Position numbers and translations under genes: made by a program
Notes under the pieces: generated by a model
The model's input: the letters and a program-made list of their open reading frames with translations, nothing else
What the model was told of the DNA's origin: nothing
Databases searched by the model: none
Assembly: GCA_038203955.1 (NCBI GenBank)
Contig: JBBRDK010000005.1
Span: 6,401-70,400, forward strand
Direction: 5' to 3'
Source: Thermoanaerobaculia bacterium
GTDB taxonomy: Bacteria; Acidobacteriota; Thermoanaerobaculia; UBA5066; Gp7-AA6
DNA: 64,000 nucleotides
Shown here: positions 28,674 through 38,732 of the stretch, one piece after another
Position numbering within the stretch: the first letter of the stretch is position 1
Layout: each line of letters opens with the position of its first letter

Positions 28674-29189
28674 TCACCCGAAATTCACGGTGTAGGCCAG
28701 AGATCGCATGTCCGGCATCCGGTCGAGATAGACCAGACCGTCGAGATGGTCGATTTCATGCTGCAGGACCCGCGCGTGGTAGCCGGACGCCTCGAAGTCG
28801 ACGGCTTTTCCGGAGCGGTCGAGCGCCCGCACCCGGATCGTCTCGAACCGGGGGACTACCCCTCCCCACAGAAACGGAACGGAAAGGCACCCCTCGGAGT
28901 CGGTTTCCATCGCGGCGCCGACGCCTTCATAGGACGCGTTGAAGAGCGCGGTCAAGGGAATCTCCTTCTCGTTGCGCCTGCGCTTCTCCGGGTGCACCTC
29001 GTAGAGGAACGCCCGAAGCGGGGTAAACACCTGAGGAGCGGCGATCCCCGTGCCCTCGTACTCCCGCATGGTGTCCTCAAGGTCGGCGAGGAAGGACTCG
29101 TAGTCGCCGCGGGAAAGGGCCCTCGGATCGACGTCCTGCGAACGAGCCCGGAGGACCTTGACTCCGAGCTTGGCGACTTTGAGAATCAT
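28674..29189 (-). CDS. def: Peptide deformylase
   Basis: Motifs GTGIAAPQ, EGCLS and QHEIDH. Confidence 0.9.
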   Translation of the reverse strand: MILKVAKLGVKVLRARSQDVDPRALSRGDYESFLADLEDTMREYEGTGIAAPQVFTPLRAFLYEVHPEKRRRNEKEIPLTALFNASYEGVGAAMETDSEGCLSVPFLWGGVVPRFETIRVRALDRSGKAVDFEASGYHARVLQHEIDHLDGLVYLDRMPDMRSLAYTVNFG

Positions 29190-29193
29190 GGGA

Positions 29194-29320
29194 GAGAGTT
29201 TTCGGTTCTCAGTTCTCAGTTCTCAGTTCTCCGCTCTCCGGTTTCGGGAAACGACCACCGCTAGTAACGCGAGCAGGAACAACCGACGGCTGATCGCTGA
29301 GAGCTGACAGCTGACAGCTT
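29194..29320. repeat. Heptamer arrays CTCAGTT-type x7 (29194-29242) and GCTGASA x4 (29289-29320)
   Basis: Read directly, between the def start and the 3' end of tRNA-Phe. Confidence 0.8.
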
Positions 29321-29326
29321 TATCGT

Positions 29327-29402
29327 TGGTGCCCAGGGACGGAATTGAACCGCCGACACAGGGATTTTCAGTCCCTTGCTCTACCGACTGAGCTACCTGG
29401 GC
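29327..29402 (-). tRNA. tRNA-Phe (GAA)
   Basis: The reverse complement is GCCCAGGTAGCTCAGTCGGTAGAGCAAGGGACTGAAAATCCCTGTGTCGGCGGTTCAATTCCGTCCCTGGGCACCA. It folds as a cloverleaf with anticodon loop CTGAAAA. Confidence 0.9.
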
Positions 29403-29583
29403 TCTCTCCGGGGCCGCGAGTGTAGCGAGATTCCCGCACACTGACAACGCCTTTCGGGCGCCGTTTCAGGCGCTTCCGCCCGCGAGCGGCGCCTCTCGCT
29501 TGCCCGGAGCGAACGTCCGGGTGGATCATGGGCGCGATGAAACCGAGGCGCCCTGCCGATCCCTTCCTCCCGTACCGCCGGGA

Positions 29584-30537
29584 ATGCGCGAACGGCGCAT
29601 CTCGTTGTCCCGCCGAAGACTGGAGGTCCGGTTGAGAACCTTGGTCGCGCTCTGCCTCTCGGGCCTCGCCATGACTTCCGCGGCGCAGCAGCCCGCCCCG
29701 ACGCCCGCGCCGGGCGGCATACCGCTTTCCGCCGGGAGTGCCGTGACGAGTCCGGGCAACGCCCGCTGGGCGGCGACTCCCGACGAGGCCATGGCGCGCG
29801 CCGCCTCGGAAGGGAAATTCGTGTACGTCGAGTTCGACGCGCCGAAATGTGGTCAGTGCCGGCGCATGGACGCGCTCCTCTACCCGGCCTTTCAGTTCGA
29901 AGCCGTCCTGCTGCCGATGGTTCCCGTGAAGATCTCACTGGCGTCGCCGGAGGGCCGCGAGCTGGCCAGGCGGTACGAGGTTCGAGAGACTCCCGCGGTG
30001 CTCGTGACGACGCCCGAGGGGCGCATCGTGTTCCAGATGCAGGGGTTCGCGAACGCGGAGGAGTTCTACCAGCGGATCACCCGGGACACTTCGGCGTATC
30101 GCGCGTTTGAGCGGCGGGTCGATTCGCAGGACATCGCGAAGCTGAAGCCCCGGGAGGCGTTCGAGACGGGTCGCGAGCTCTACCAGCGGTCCGACTCGGC
30201 CGCCGCGCTTCCGCGTCTCAGGCGGGCGGCGTCGGCCCCGCAGTCGCCGCCCGCCGTCCGGGACGAAGCGCGCGAGATCCTCGCGGCGGTCGAGCTCGAC
30301 CTCGGCCAGGTAGCGAGCTCCCGGAAGACGATCGACCGCCTTCTGGCGACGTCGCGCGATCCCCTCCGCCGGGAACGCGCGGAGCTCTTCCGCGCGCAGC
30401 TGCCCCTGGCCGAGGACAAGCCCGCCGAAGCGCTCGCTCTCTTCAAGAAGTTCCAGAAAGACCATCCGAAGTCTCCCTACATCGAGCAGGTCAACGCGAT
30501 GCTCGCGCGTCTGACCGCCCCGCCTTCCAATCCATGA
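29584..30537 (+). CDS. Secreted thioredoxin-fold protein with a TPR-like C-terminal domain
   Basis: FVYVEFDAPKCGQCRRMD CxxC motif. The start is uncertain (ATG at 29584). ATGA overlap with dsbD. Confidence 0.65.
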   Translation: MRERRISLSRRRLEVRLRTLVALCLSGLAMTSAAQQPAPTPAPGGIPLSAGSAVTSPGNARWAATPDEAMARAASEGKFVYVEFDAPKCGQCRRMDALLYPAFQFEAVLLPMVPVKISLASPEGRELARRYEVRETPAVLVTTPEGRIVFQMQGFANAEEFYQRITRDTSAYRAFERRVDSQDIAKLKPREAFETGRELYQRSDSAAALPRLRRAASAPQSPPAVRDEAREILAAVELDLGQVASSRKTIDRLLATSRDPLRRERAELFRAQLPLAEDKPAEALALFKKFQKDHPKSPYIEQVNAMLARLTAPPSNP

Positions 30538-32276
30538 CGGCGAGACGGGTGTTCGCGGCTCTCGTTCTCTTCGCGGCGGCGCTCGCGGTCGCGGCGGCTC
30601 CCGTTCCGAAGCCGGCGGAGATCGTCTCGTTCACCGCCCGGTTCGACGCGAACGGGAAGAGCGCGGGAACGGTGCGGATCGCGGCGAAAATCCTCGCCGG
30701 GTACCACGTCAACAGCCACACGCCCACCGAGGACTACCTGATCCCCACGTCGGTCGTGCTCGATGCGCCGGCGGGGTCGTCGGCGGGAGCGGCCGTTTAC
30801 CCGCCCGGGCTGATGAAGAAGTTCTCATTCGCCGAAAAGCCGCTTTCCGTCTACGAGGGCGCGTTCTCCGTCGAGGTTCCGGTGTCGTGGACCGGCGGCG
30901 CTCCCGCGGGGTTCTCGGGAAAGCTCGACTTCCAGGCGTGCAACGACACGCAGTGTTTCGCCCCGGCCTCCCTCCCGTTTCGCGCGGAGGCGGGCGGCGC
31001 GGGCGCCCCGCTCGCGGCCCTGGCGGGGGGTGCCGTGCCCCTGTCCTCCGCCCCCGCCGCCGGGAGCCGGGACGCCCGGGCGGCGGGCGCCTCGTCGGAC
31101 TTCGAGGAACAGTTGAACCGCCGGGGGCTTCCCGTCGTCCTGCTCCTGCTCTTCGCCGGCGGCCTCGCGCTGAATTTGACGCCGTGCGTCTATCCCGTCA
31201 TTCCGCTGACTCTCTCCTTCTTCGCGGGCCAGGCGCCCGGCGACGGCCGGCGCGTGTTCCGCCTGGCGGCCATCTACGTGCTCGGGATGTGCACGATGTA
31301 CTCCGCGCTCGGCGTCGCGGCCGCGCTATCGGGCCGCCTCTTCGGATCCGCCCTGCAGTCTCCCTGGGTCCTCGGCGGTGTCGCCGCCATCCTCGTCGCG
31401 CTCGCGCTCTCGATGTTCGGCCTCTACGACCTGCGCATGCCGAGCGCCCTCATGCAGAAGGCGGGCGCCCGGTCCGGCGCAGCGGGCGCCTACGGAATGG
31501 GCCTCCTCGTCGGCGTCGTCGCGGCTCCCTGCGTGGGCCCGTTCGTCCTCGGACTGCTCGCCTTCGTCGCGGCCCGCCAGCAGGCCGGCCTCGGATTTCT
31601 CCTCTTCTTCGTTCTCTCGCTCGGCCTCGGACTGCCGTATCTCTTCCTGGGGGCATTCTCGGGAAGCCTGGCACGCCTGCCCCGCGCCGGCATGTGGATG
31701 GAGTCCGTCAAGAAAGTCTTCGGCTGGGTCCTCCTGGCGATGGCGGCGTACTTTCTGCGCCCCGTCCTCCCCCGCCCGCTGGGCGACTGGCTGCTTCCGG
31801 GGGTTCTGCTGATCGCCGCGGTCTTTCTCGCCTTGCGGGGCACGGCGTGGAAGCCCGCGCTGCGGGCGTTCGCCGCCCTTCTCTTCGTCGCCGCGGCCCT
31901 TTTCTTCCGCCCCCGGGGGCGCGTGGACGCCGGCGGGCTCGAGTGGCGTCCGTACGCCGCGCAGACGATCGCCGCGGCCGGCCGAGCCGCCGTTATCGAC
32001 TTTTCCGCGGACTGGTGCCTCCCGTGTCGCGAGCTCGAGGAAAAGACGTTCTCGGATCCGCGCGTACGGGCTGAGCTCGAGCGCCGCGGCCTGTTCAAGG
32101 CGGACCTCACCCGATCCGGCTCTCCCGAGGTGGCCGCGCTGTCGGACAAGTACGCGATCCTGGGCGTTCCGACTCTCGTGTTCTTAGACGCCACGGGTCA
32201 GGAGCGGCGGGATCTGAGGCTCGTCGGGTTCGAGAGCCCCGAGGACTTCCTCGCGCGCCTCGCGAAGGCGCCATGA
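30534..32276 (+). CDS. dsbD: Thiol:disulfide interchange protein DsbD
   Basis: N-terminal domain QACNDTQCF, TM-domain cysteines TPCVYPV and APCVGPF, and C-terminal thioredoxin WCLPC. Confidence 0.85.
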   Translation: MTARRVFAALVLFAAALAVAAAPVPKPAEIVSFTARFDANGKSAGTVRIAAKILAGYHVNSHTPTEDYLIPTSVVLDAPAGSSAGAAVYPPGLMKKFSFAEKPLSVYEGAFSVEVPVSWTGGAPAGFSGKLDFQACNDTQCFAPASLPFRAEAGGAGAPLAALAGGAVPLSSAPAAGSRDARAAGASSDFEEQLNRRGLPVVLLLLFAGGLALNLTPCVYPVIPLTLSFFAGQAPGDGRRVFRLAAIYVLGMCTMYSALGVAAALSGRLFGSALQSPWVLGGVAAILVALALSMFGLYDLRMPSALMQKAGARSGAAGAYGMGLLVGVVAAPCVGPFVLGLLAFVAARQQAGLGFLLFFVLSLGLGLPYLFLGAFSGSLARLPRAGMWMESVKKVFGWVLLAMAAYFLRPVLPRPLGDWLLPGVLLIAAVFLALRGTAWKPALRAFAALLFVAAALFFRPRGRVDAGGLEWRPYAAQTIAAAGRAAVIDFSADWCLPCRELEEKTFSDPRVRAELERRGLFKADLTRSGSPEVAALSDKYAILGVPTLVFLDATGQERRDLRLVGFESPEDFLARLAKAP

Positions 32277-32287
32277 GAGTTATCGCT

Positions 32288-33004
32288 TCATGCGGGCAAC
32301 CGCCCCAGTTTCTTGAGTGCTTCCTTCGCCGCCTTTCGCTGGGCCTCCCGCTTTGAATTTCCCGTGCCGAGAGCGAACGTCTCGCCGTCCCAGAACACCT
32401 CGACCACGAACACCTTTTCGTGGTCCGGGCCGTATTCGTCGACGATGCGGTAGTCGGGAAGAGGCAGACCGAGCGCCTGCGCGGATTCCTGGAGCGCCGT
32501 CTTGTAGTCGTGGAACGAGAGGTCGGCGAGGTCGATGCCGGCGATGTCGGGCGCGAAGACGCGCTGGATGAACTGGCCCGCCGCCGGCAGCCCGCCGTCC
32601 AGGTAAATCGCGGCCACGAGGGCCTCGAACCCGTCCGCCAGCAGGGAAAGCTTTTCACCGCCGCCGGACCGCGCTTCGCCCGTCCCCATCCGGAGAAACC
32701 GGCCGATCTTGAGCTCGCGGGACTTCGTCGAAAGTGTCGCCGCCGACACCAGGTGCGCCTTGATCTTCGAGAGGGCGCCCTCCTGAAGGTTCGGGAAGTT
32801 GCGATAGATGAGATCCCCCACGACGAACCCCAGGACCGTGTCACCCAGGAACTCGAGGCGCTCGTTGTTCGGGGACGGAAGATCCCGCCGTTCGTTGGTG
32901 TACGACTTATGGGTCACCGCGCGAACGATCAGCTCGCGGTCGCGAAACGTGTAGCCCAGGCTCTCCTCGAGCTCCTGGAGGCCCTCCGCAACGGCTTTGC
33001 TCAC
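32288..33004 (-). CDS. rnc: Ribonuclease III
   Basis: NERLEFLGDTVLG signature plus a C-terminal dsRBD. GTG start at 33004. Confidence 0.92.
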   Translation of the reverse strand: MSKAVAEGLQELEESLGYTFRDRELIVRAVTHKSYTNERRDLPSPNNERLEFLGDTVLGFVVGDLIYRNFPNLQEGALSKIKAHLVSAATLSTKSRELKIGRFLRMGTGEARSGGGEKLSLLADGFEALVAAIYLDGGLPAAGQFIQRVFAPDIAGIDLADLSFHDYKTALQESAQALGLPLPDYRIVDEYGPDHEKVFVVEVFWDGETFALGTGNSKREAQRKAAKEALKKLGRLPA

Positions 33005-33008
33005 GCCA

Positions 33009-33038
33009 GTCTCGTCGGCCCTGGTCTCGTCGGCCCTG
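33009..33038. repeat. Perfect 15-bp tandem duplication GTCTCGTCGGCCCTG x2
   Basis: Read directly. It occupies the 32-nt spacer between the 3' end of tRNA-Leu and the rnc start codon. Confidence 0.85.
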
Positions 33039-33125
33039 GTACCGGAGGCCGGGGTCGAACCGGCACGGGCCTTTCGGCCCTCGGGATTTTAAGTCCCGTG
33101 CGTCTACCCATTTCGCCACTCCGGC
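33037..33125 (-). tRNA. tRNA-Leu (TAA), long variable arm
   Basis: The reverse complement is GCCGGAGTGGCGAAATGGGTAGACGCACGGGACTTAAAATCCCGAGGGCCGAAAGGCCCGTGCCGGTTCGACCCCGGCCTCCGGTACCA. The anticodon loop is CTTAAAA. Confidence 0.85.
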
Positions 33126-33273
33126 ATGACCGATGATGGTAGCAGAGCGACTGCATCGGCCCGGTGGGCCGCAGGCCACCCGAAGACGCCATCGGCGCGC
33201 TGGAGGAGTCGAAATCGCGCACCGCGCGAGGCTCCGGGACAGGCAATGGATCCGCGGGCGGTGAGATGGGAAA

Positions 33274-33471
33274 TCAGCGCGAGGCGTCTTCCCAGGAGGC
33301 GAGAGCGCGAAGGGCCTCTTCTTCCGCGCTGGCTTCGTCTCCCAGCCGGGAGATCGCGGGAAGGCATTTCTCCAGGGCCTTTGCGAGGCGCGTCGCGGCG
33401 TCGAGCTTTCGGATGATCTTGATCACGCCCTCAGACCGGAACGCGAAAACGGTCTCGCCACTGTCGAGCAT
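33274..33471 (-). CDS. Small hypothetical protein (65 aa), tentative
   Basis: MLDSGETVFAFRSEGVIKIIRKLDAATRLAKALE... Codon usage is coding-like and I recognise no motif. Confidence 0.35.
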   Translation of the reverse strand: MLDSGETVFAFRSEGVIKIIRKLDAATRLAKALEKCLPAISRLGDEASAEEEALRALASWEDASR

Positions 33472-33603
33472 GTGATGACCTGACGACCTCTCCGCCGGCC
33501 GCTCGCGCATCACTTTCGCGCGTCTGTGCCGACACACGGCCGCGCTCCTGGTTGCGGCCACCGGCCGAGGAAAATAGCAAGGACTATGCCTCGGGGGGCC
33601 GGG

Positions 33604-33645
33604 TTGAGCGTTGAGCGTTAGAAGTTGAGAGTTGAGAGTAGTCGC
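33604..33645. repeat. Heptamer array TTGAGCG/TTGAGAG x6
   Basis: ttgagcg ttgagcg ttagaag ttgagag ttgagag tagtcgc, read directly. Confidence 0.8.
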
Positions 33646-33673
33646 TCAGAGTCCGTCAGGGGCCGGGCGATCA

Positions 33674-33749
33674 GTGGAGGCGACGGGCGGATTCGAACCG
33701 CCGAATAAAGGTTTTGCAGACCTCTCCCTTAACCACTTGGGTACGTCGC
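33674..33749 (-). tRNA. tRNA-Cys (GCA)
   Basis: The reverse complement is GGCGACGTACCCAAGTGGTTAAGGGAGAGGTCTGCAAAACCTTTATTCGGCGGTTCGAATCCGCCCGTCGCCTCCA. The discriminator base is U and the anticodon loop is CTGCAAA. Confidence 0.85.
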
Positions 33750-33836
33750 CCCGGGGCCGCCGATTCTACCCGAAGGAAACGGCCCGCCACGCGTTGGATC
33801 GGACTCCAGAGCGGGGATGTGGGCTGCCGCCTTTCA

Positions 33837-34439
33837 TTACGCGCTCGCGTAGTCGCGAATCAGGCCCGTCACGACGCCCTGCACGGTCACGTCGCGCGCG
33901 TCGGCCATGATCGGCTTCATCGCGGCATTGGCCGGCTGGAGCCGCACGCGGGCCCCCTCGGCGTAATACCGTTTCAGAGTGGCCTCGCCGCGCACGAGCG
34001 CGACGACGGTCTGGCCGTTCTGCGCGCTCGCCCGCCGCGCGACGACGACGTAGTCCCCATCGCGGATTCCATCCTCGACCATCGAGTCCCCGCGCACCCG
34101 GAGGACGAAGTGCTCGCCCTTCCCCAGAAGGGAGGAGGGAACTTCGATCGTCTCCTCGTTCGGAAAGGGCTCGATCGGCCGCCCGGCGGCCACGCTTCCG
34201 AGAAGGGCGATCTCGCGCGCGCCCCCTTCTTCCGCCGCCGGGGAGATGCCGCGGCTCCGGTTCCACTGCCGGGACAGGGCGCCTTTTTCCTCCAGGCGCT
34301 TCAAGTGTTTCTGGACGGTGCCGAAGGACGAGAGGTGAAACTTCTCCCGGATCTCCCGCTGGGTCGGAGAGATTCCTTTCTCGTCTCGATACGCCCGAAG
34401 GAAGTCCAAGATCTCTTTTTGCCGTTTTGTGAGGTTCAT
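33837..34439 (-). CDS. lexA: LexA repressor
   Basis: N-terminal wHTH, Ala-Gly cleavage site VAAGRP, Ser in RGDSM and Lys in LKRY. Confidence 0.92.
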   Translation of the reverse strand: MNLTKRQKEILDFLRAYRDEKGISPTQREIREKFHLSSFGTVQKHLKRLEEKGALSRQWNRSRGISPAAEEGGAREIALLGSVAAGRPIEPFPNEETIEVPSSLLGKGEHFVLRVRGDSMVEDGIRDGDYVVVARRASAQNGQTVVALVRGEATLKRYYAEGARVRLQPANAAMKPIMADARDVTVQGVVTGLIRDYASA

Positions 34440-34639
34440 TTCACTCGCTTGCCTTATGAAACATGGCCGATGGCCGTTCCCGACGAATCAGTAGAGCCGA
34501 GGGAACCACCGCGGCCGCGCCCCTGGCCATCGAGGAGCGGCCCATCGGCCCACCTCGGACAGCATGGGCGCAAAAGAGGCGTAAGTCAAGGGGCATCGTG
34601 AGTCCGGCGGCGATTGCCGTTCTGGTTCCCGCCCTTCCT

Positions 34640-37412
34640 TCAGAAGCTCACCTTCACGCCGAGCTGGAGCTGCCGCGGGTCGTTGACCGCCGTCGGCTGC
34701 CCGAAAGGTGGGAGAGCCGAAGGAGTTGTTCGGAACCTGGTCGTTCTTCCGGTGAGAAGGTTGAAGGCCACGAGGATCGCCTCCACGGCCACACTGTTCG
34801 TCACGGGAACCTTCGCGACAGGCGCAGGTCCACGGACTCGAAACCGAACCCCTCTCCAGAGTTGCGCGCGACTCCCGCTGGCCGGTCGTTCAGCGTCGAG
34901 TCGCCGTTACGGTCGAACGGGAGCAGCACGTTGAACGGAAGAGCCGAGGCGTAGGTGAAGATGCCGGTCAGCGTCCACCCTTCGGCGAGCGCGCCCCACA
35001 GGCTTTCCTTTCCGCGAACGGGCGAGACCGCGCTCCCTGACAGCGTGACCCGGTGGCGCTGATCGTTGTCCGATCGGCCCCTCTCCGCGGCGACGTCGCG
35101 GTTGTCCTGCGGCGAGCTGAAGAAGAAGTTGCCGGATGTGTCGAAGCTCTTCGAGTACGTGTACGACGCCCGGAGGCTGCCCCATGAAACGGGCCGCTGC
35201 GTGTAGCTCAACGTCACGCCGTCGTACCAGGAGTCCCCGATCGACTGGTACTGCGAGTTGTTCGCGTACGCGGCGTTTGGCCTTCCGAGGTTGAAGACGG
35301 AGGGATTCGTCGTGGTCGGCACGTTGACGTTGCGCGACATGATGATGTGCCTCCCCCGGATGTGCTCGTAACCGATCGACGCGGTCGCCGAGGGCAGGAT
35401 CTGTCGCTCGTACTGCGCCGCGGCCTGAAAAGAGGATCCACTCTGGATGTCGGGATCGATCGTCGTGACGTTCGTCAGCACCCCGGAAGGAAACGACGCG
35501 TAGACGTCGGGGAACACGGGCGGTGCCGGCGAGGTCCGGCTGGCGGGAGTCACCTGAGCGACTCGATACGCAACGCCGTCTCTCTGAAGCGCGTTGGCGA
35601 CGGCGCGCAGGGGAACCGGGTTGTAGAACAGTCCGGCGGTCGCCCGGAGGACGCTGCGGCCGTCGCCCGCCGGATCCCACGCCAGGCCGACGCGGGGGGA
35701 GAGGTTGTCGCGGTCCGTTTGCACCAGAGAGGGAAGAAACTGGAGGTCGTATCGAAGACCGGCGTTGACGTTCACGCGCCGCGAGACTCTCCACTCGTCC
35801 TGCAAAAACGCCCCGACGTTCGAGTTGTCTTGCGGCGTCCCGGGAATCCCGAAAGCCTGCTGGAACGTCGTGTACCGGCCGGCCTGAAAGTCCGCCAGAT
35901 TCCGGAAGGTGTAGACGCCCTGGAGCGCGCCCGGGAAATCGATTCGGACTCGATTGAACAGCGTGTCGACGCCCCCCTTGATCGAGTGGGATCCCAGCAC
36001 GGACGTCACGGCGTCGACGGCCTCCCACATGCTCGTATTGCGGACGGTCGGCGAGTTCGTCGCCGTCCCGAAGCTGGCGATCCCGGAAATGGTCACCGCC
36101 GGGCCGACGAGGTCGTTCGGCGGCGCCGACAGATCGCTCGTCGTCATCTGCCCCCGGGTCTCGTTGAAGACGGAGGGGGAGATCGTCGCCACGTTGCTGG
36201 CTGCCCACGTTTGGTCCGTGTCGGCGAGCCCCGTCGCCCGGCTCGCGTCGTTCAAGCCGCCGACCGTCCGCGCGTTGGCGCTCGAGACCGCGTACCGGCT
36301 GTACCGGAGATTGAGCTGATCGGCGGAGGAGAACGCGTGGTCGAGGCGTCCGAACCAGTTGGTCGTGTCGAGTGTCGTCGCCAGATTGCCCGTGGCGATG
36401 CGGACGCCGGGATAGGACACGGCGTCCAGACGCGCGTTGACAGCCGCCGCGCTGGCGGAGGAAATGGTCACGACGCTCCCGTTTTGCTCCGCGAGCTGCT
36501 CGAAGTTCGCGAAGAAGAACGTCCGATCGCGGACCGCCGGACCTCCGAGCGAGAGACCGTACTGCCGCCGCGAGAAGGGAAACGCCTTCGAAGCGAGGGC
36601 GTTTTTCGCATCCAGGCGGTCATCCCGGAAAAAACCGTACGCGTCCCCGGCGTACGTGTTGGTGCCGGATTGCGTGACGACGCTGATGATCCCCGCGGTC
36701 GCGCGGCCGTACTCCGCGATTCCGCCGGACCGCACCACTTGGAACTCGCGAATCACGTCCTGGCTGTAGAACGTGCCCGCGAGCTCCGCCGCGTCGTCGT
36801 TCGCGGACAGCCCGTCGACGACGAAGGTGTTGTTCAGGTTCCGCTGGCTCGACACGGAAATGCCGGTCCGGGCACCGCGGACGTCTCGGCGAAACGCTGG
36901 TTCGCCCCCGTGTTCGTCCGGGAGACTCCCGGGACGAGCAACGCGAGATCGAGATAGTTGCGCCCGTTCAGAGGCAGGTTCCGGATCTCTTCGGGAGTGA
37001 CGGACTCCGCGACCTGCGTGCGCACCGTCTCGACGAGGGGCGCGCCCGTCACCGTCACCCTCTCCGTTGCGCTCGCCAGGTTCAACCTCACCGGAATCTC
37101 GAGCGCCTGCCCGGCGGCGGCTCGAAAAGGCGTCCGCACGTCGAGAAACCCCTCCTTCCGGATCGAGAGCTCGTAGTCGCCGGCCGGGACGGCCGAGAAA
37201 CGGAATCGGCCTCGCGCGTCGGAAACGGCCGTCACCCGCCGGTTCGTGCCCGGATGAAAGAGGACGACGCCCGCCGCCGGAACGGGAGCGCCGGCGGGGT
37301 CCTCGATGCGCCCTCTCACGGTCGCAGTGTCGACCGTCTGCTGCCCGCCGCAGAGCGCCGCGATCGGGAACAGCAGGGAGAATGCGAGGAGCGCGTGCAG
37401 GCAGCGGCTCAT
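34640..37412 (-). pseudogene. TonB-dependent receptor with carboxypeptidase-regulatory-like N-terminal domain, frame broken twice (~36868 and ~34805)
   Basis: Three collinear pieces. (a) 37412-36834: signal peptide, CarbopepD_reg-like domain, ...NQRFAETSAVPG. (b) 36867-34801: TGISVSSQRNLNNTFVVDGLSANDD...RLSRRFP*. (c) 34805-34640: VTNSVAVEAILVAFNLL...DPRQLQLGVKVSF*, a classic barrel terminus. The span is 2773 nt (3n+1), consistent with two 1-nt losses. Confidence 0.8.
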
Positions 37413-38617
37413 CGAGCCGCCCGTTTCCTGAAAACGTCGAGGGGCCCGGTTTCGGCCACGGCGAGAAGCTCGTTGCCGTTTCGCGCCGTGTAGGAGATAG
37501 CGCTGGCCGATCCCCGGACGGTGATCCGCGGGTCCGCGGCGTCCTTCAGAAGGCGAACGGCCGCGCTCCAGCTCTTTCGATCGGGCTCCAGACCCCGCCC
37601 GAAGACGGACGAACCCGACACGTAGAGCGCGACGAGGCGGTCTTCCGGAAGTACGGCGATGTCGGGATGATTCGGGACGCCCGAGCCTTCCGCCTTCCCG
37701 GCGAGCTCGACACGCGGTGAGAAGCTCTTCCCCCCGTCGGACGAGAACGCCGCGAAGACGCCGGGAACGGCGCCCGTGTACCACGCGACCCAGAGCGCCC
37801 CGGACCGCTCGAGCGCCAGCCTCGGCCCGGAGTCCGGACATCCATCGATCCGCCAGCCATCGTCCGACACCACCACGGAGGGGGGAGCGCTCCCGTTTCC
37901 GTCTCCCACGGCGGCGACCGCGATGTTGCGCAGGTCCTTGCCCTCGAGGTCGCGGTAGGCGATCCAGACGCCCTTTTTCGAATCGGCGGCGACGCTCGTC
38001 GCGCAGCACTGACACGCGCGGGGGTCCACGACCCGATTCGTCTCGAACCGCGCCCCGTCCCCGCTCACGGCCGAGACGACGCCCTGCCCTCCCGCACGGC
38101 TGTCGAGCCACGCCAGCCGCATCCGGCCGGCGGAGTCGATCGCCGTGGAAACCCAGCCGTGCGGCCCCGCGGTCTTGTCGTCGTTGACGGTGACGGGCGC
38201 TCCCCACGTCGAACCGCCGTCGGTGGAGCGCTGGGCGCGAAGCTCCGTATTCCATCGGCCGGGTGCCGTCACGGAATACACGGCCACGAGAGCGCCGCCC
38301 GGAAGGATCTCGAGGGAGGGTCCCGTCTGTGAATGCGCCATCACGGCGGGCGCCGGCGGAGACACGGCGACGGCCGTCCGGTGCCCGCCCGAATCGGCGT
38401 AGCAGAGGCGGCCTCCCCCGGCCTCTTCCCGAACGAAGACCATGCAGAGGTCGCCGGACGCGTTCCATCGCGCCGAGGGGTCGTGGCCCGCCTGGCGCAC
38501 CGCGCGGCCGGCGGCCGGCGGCTGCCCCGCTCCCATCGACCGCAGCGACGGCGACACGGCGTAGAGCGCGATCGCCGCCGCAGCGATGGCAAGGCTTCGT
38601 CTAAAAATGGGCTGCAT
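37409..38617 (-). CDS. Secreted sialidase/BNR-like beta-propeller protein
   Basis: Signal peptide MQPIFRRSLAIAAAAIALYA, Asp-box-like QRSTDGGSTW and FSSDGGKSF, and Cys clusters RACQCCATS and DGCPDSG. ATGA overlap with the receptor gene. Confidence 0.7.
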   Translation of the reverse strand: MQPIFRRSLAIAAAAIALYAVSPSLRSMGAGQPPAAGRAVRQAGHDPSARWNASGDLCMVFVREEAGGGRLCYADSGGHRTAVAVSPPAPAVMAHSQTGPSLEILPGGALVAVYSVTAPGRWNTELRAQRSTDGGSTWGAPVTVNDDKTAGPHGWVSTAIDSAGRMRLAWLDSRAGGQGVVSAVSGDGARFETNRVVDPRACQCCATSVAADSKKGVWIAYRDLEGKDLRNIAVAAVGDGNGSAPPSVVVSDDGWRIDGCPDSGPRLALERSGALWVAWYTGAVPGVFAAFSSDGGKSFSPRVELAGKAEGSGVPNHPDIAVLPEDRLVALYVSGSSVFGRGLEPDRKSWSAAVRLLKDAADPRITVRGSASAISYTARNGNELLAVAETGPLDVFRKRAAR

Positions 38618-38732
38618 GATTCTCCACACTCGGATCGCATCCGGCCGGTTCGCGGCCGGAACGATGGATTCCGGGCCGCCGACGCCTGCCGCTGCGTGCG
38701 GCCGCGCTCCGCCCGGAGTCAGACGAGGAGGA

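Noticed and set aside
29327-33749. tRNA genes (Phe, Leu, Cys) as integration sites of a genomic island
   Set aside because: There is no integrase, no direct repeat of a tRNA 3' end and no compositional break. The intervening genes (dsbD, rnc) are housekeeping.
34440-34640. SOS box upstream of lexA
   Set aside because: I found no CTGT-N8-ACAG, GAAC-N4-GTTC or GTTC-N7-GTTC match by eye. The operator motif for this lineage is not known to me, so I make no call.
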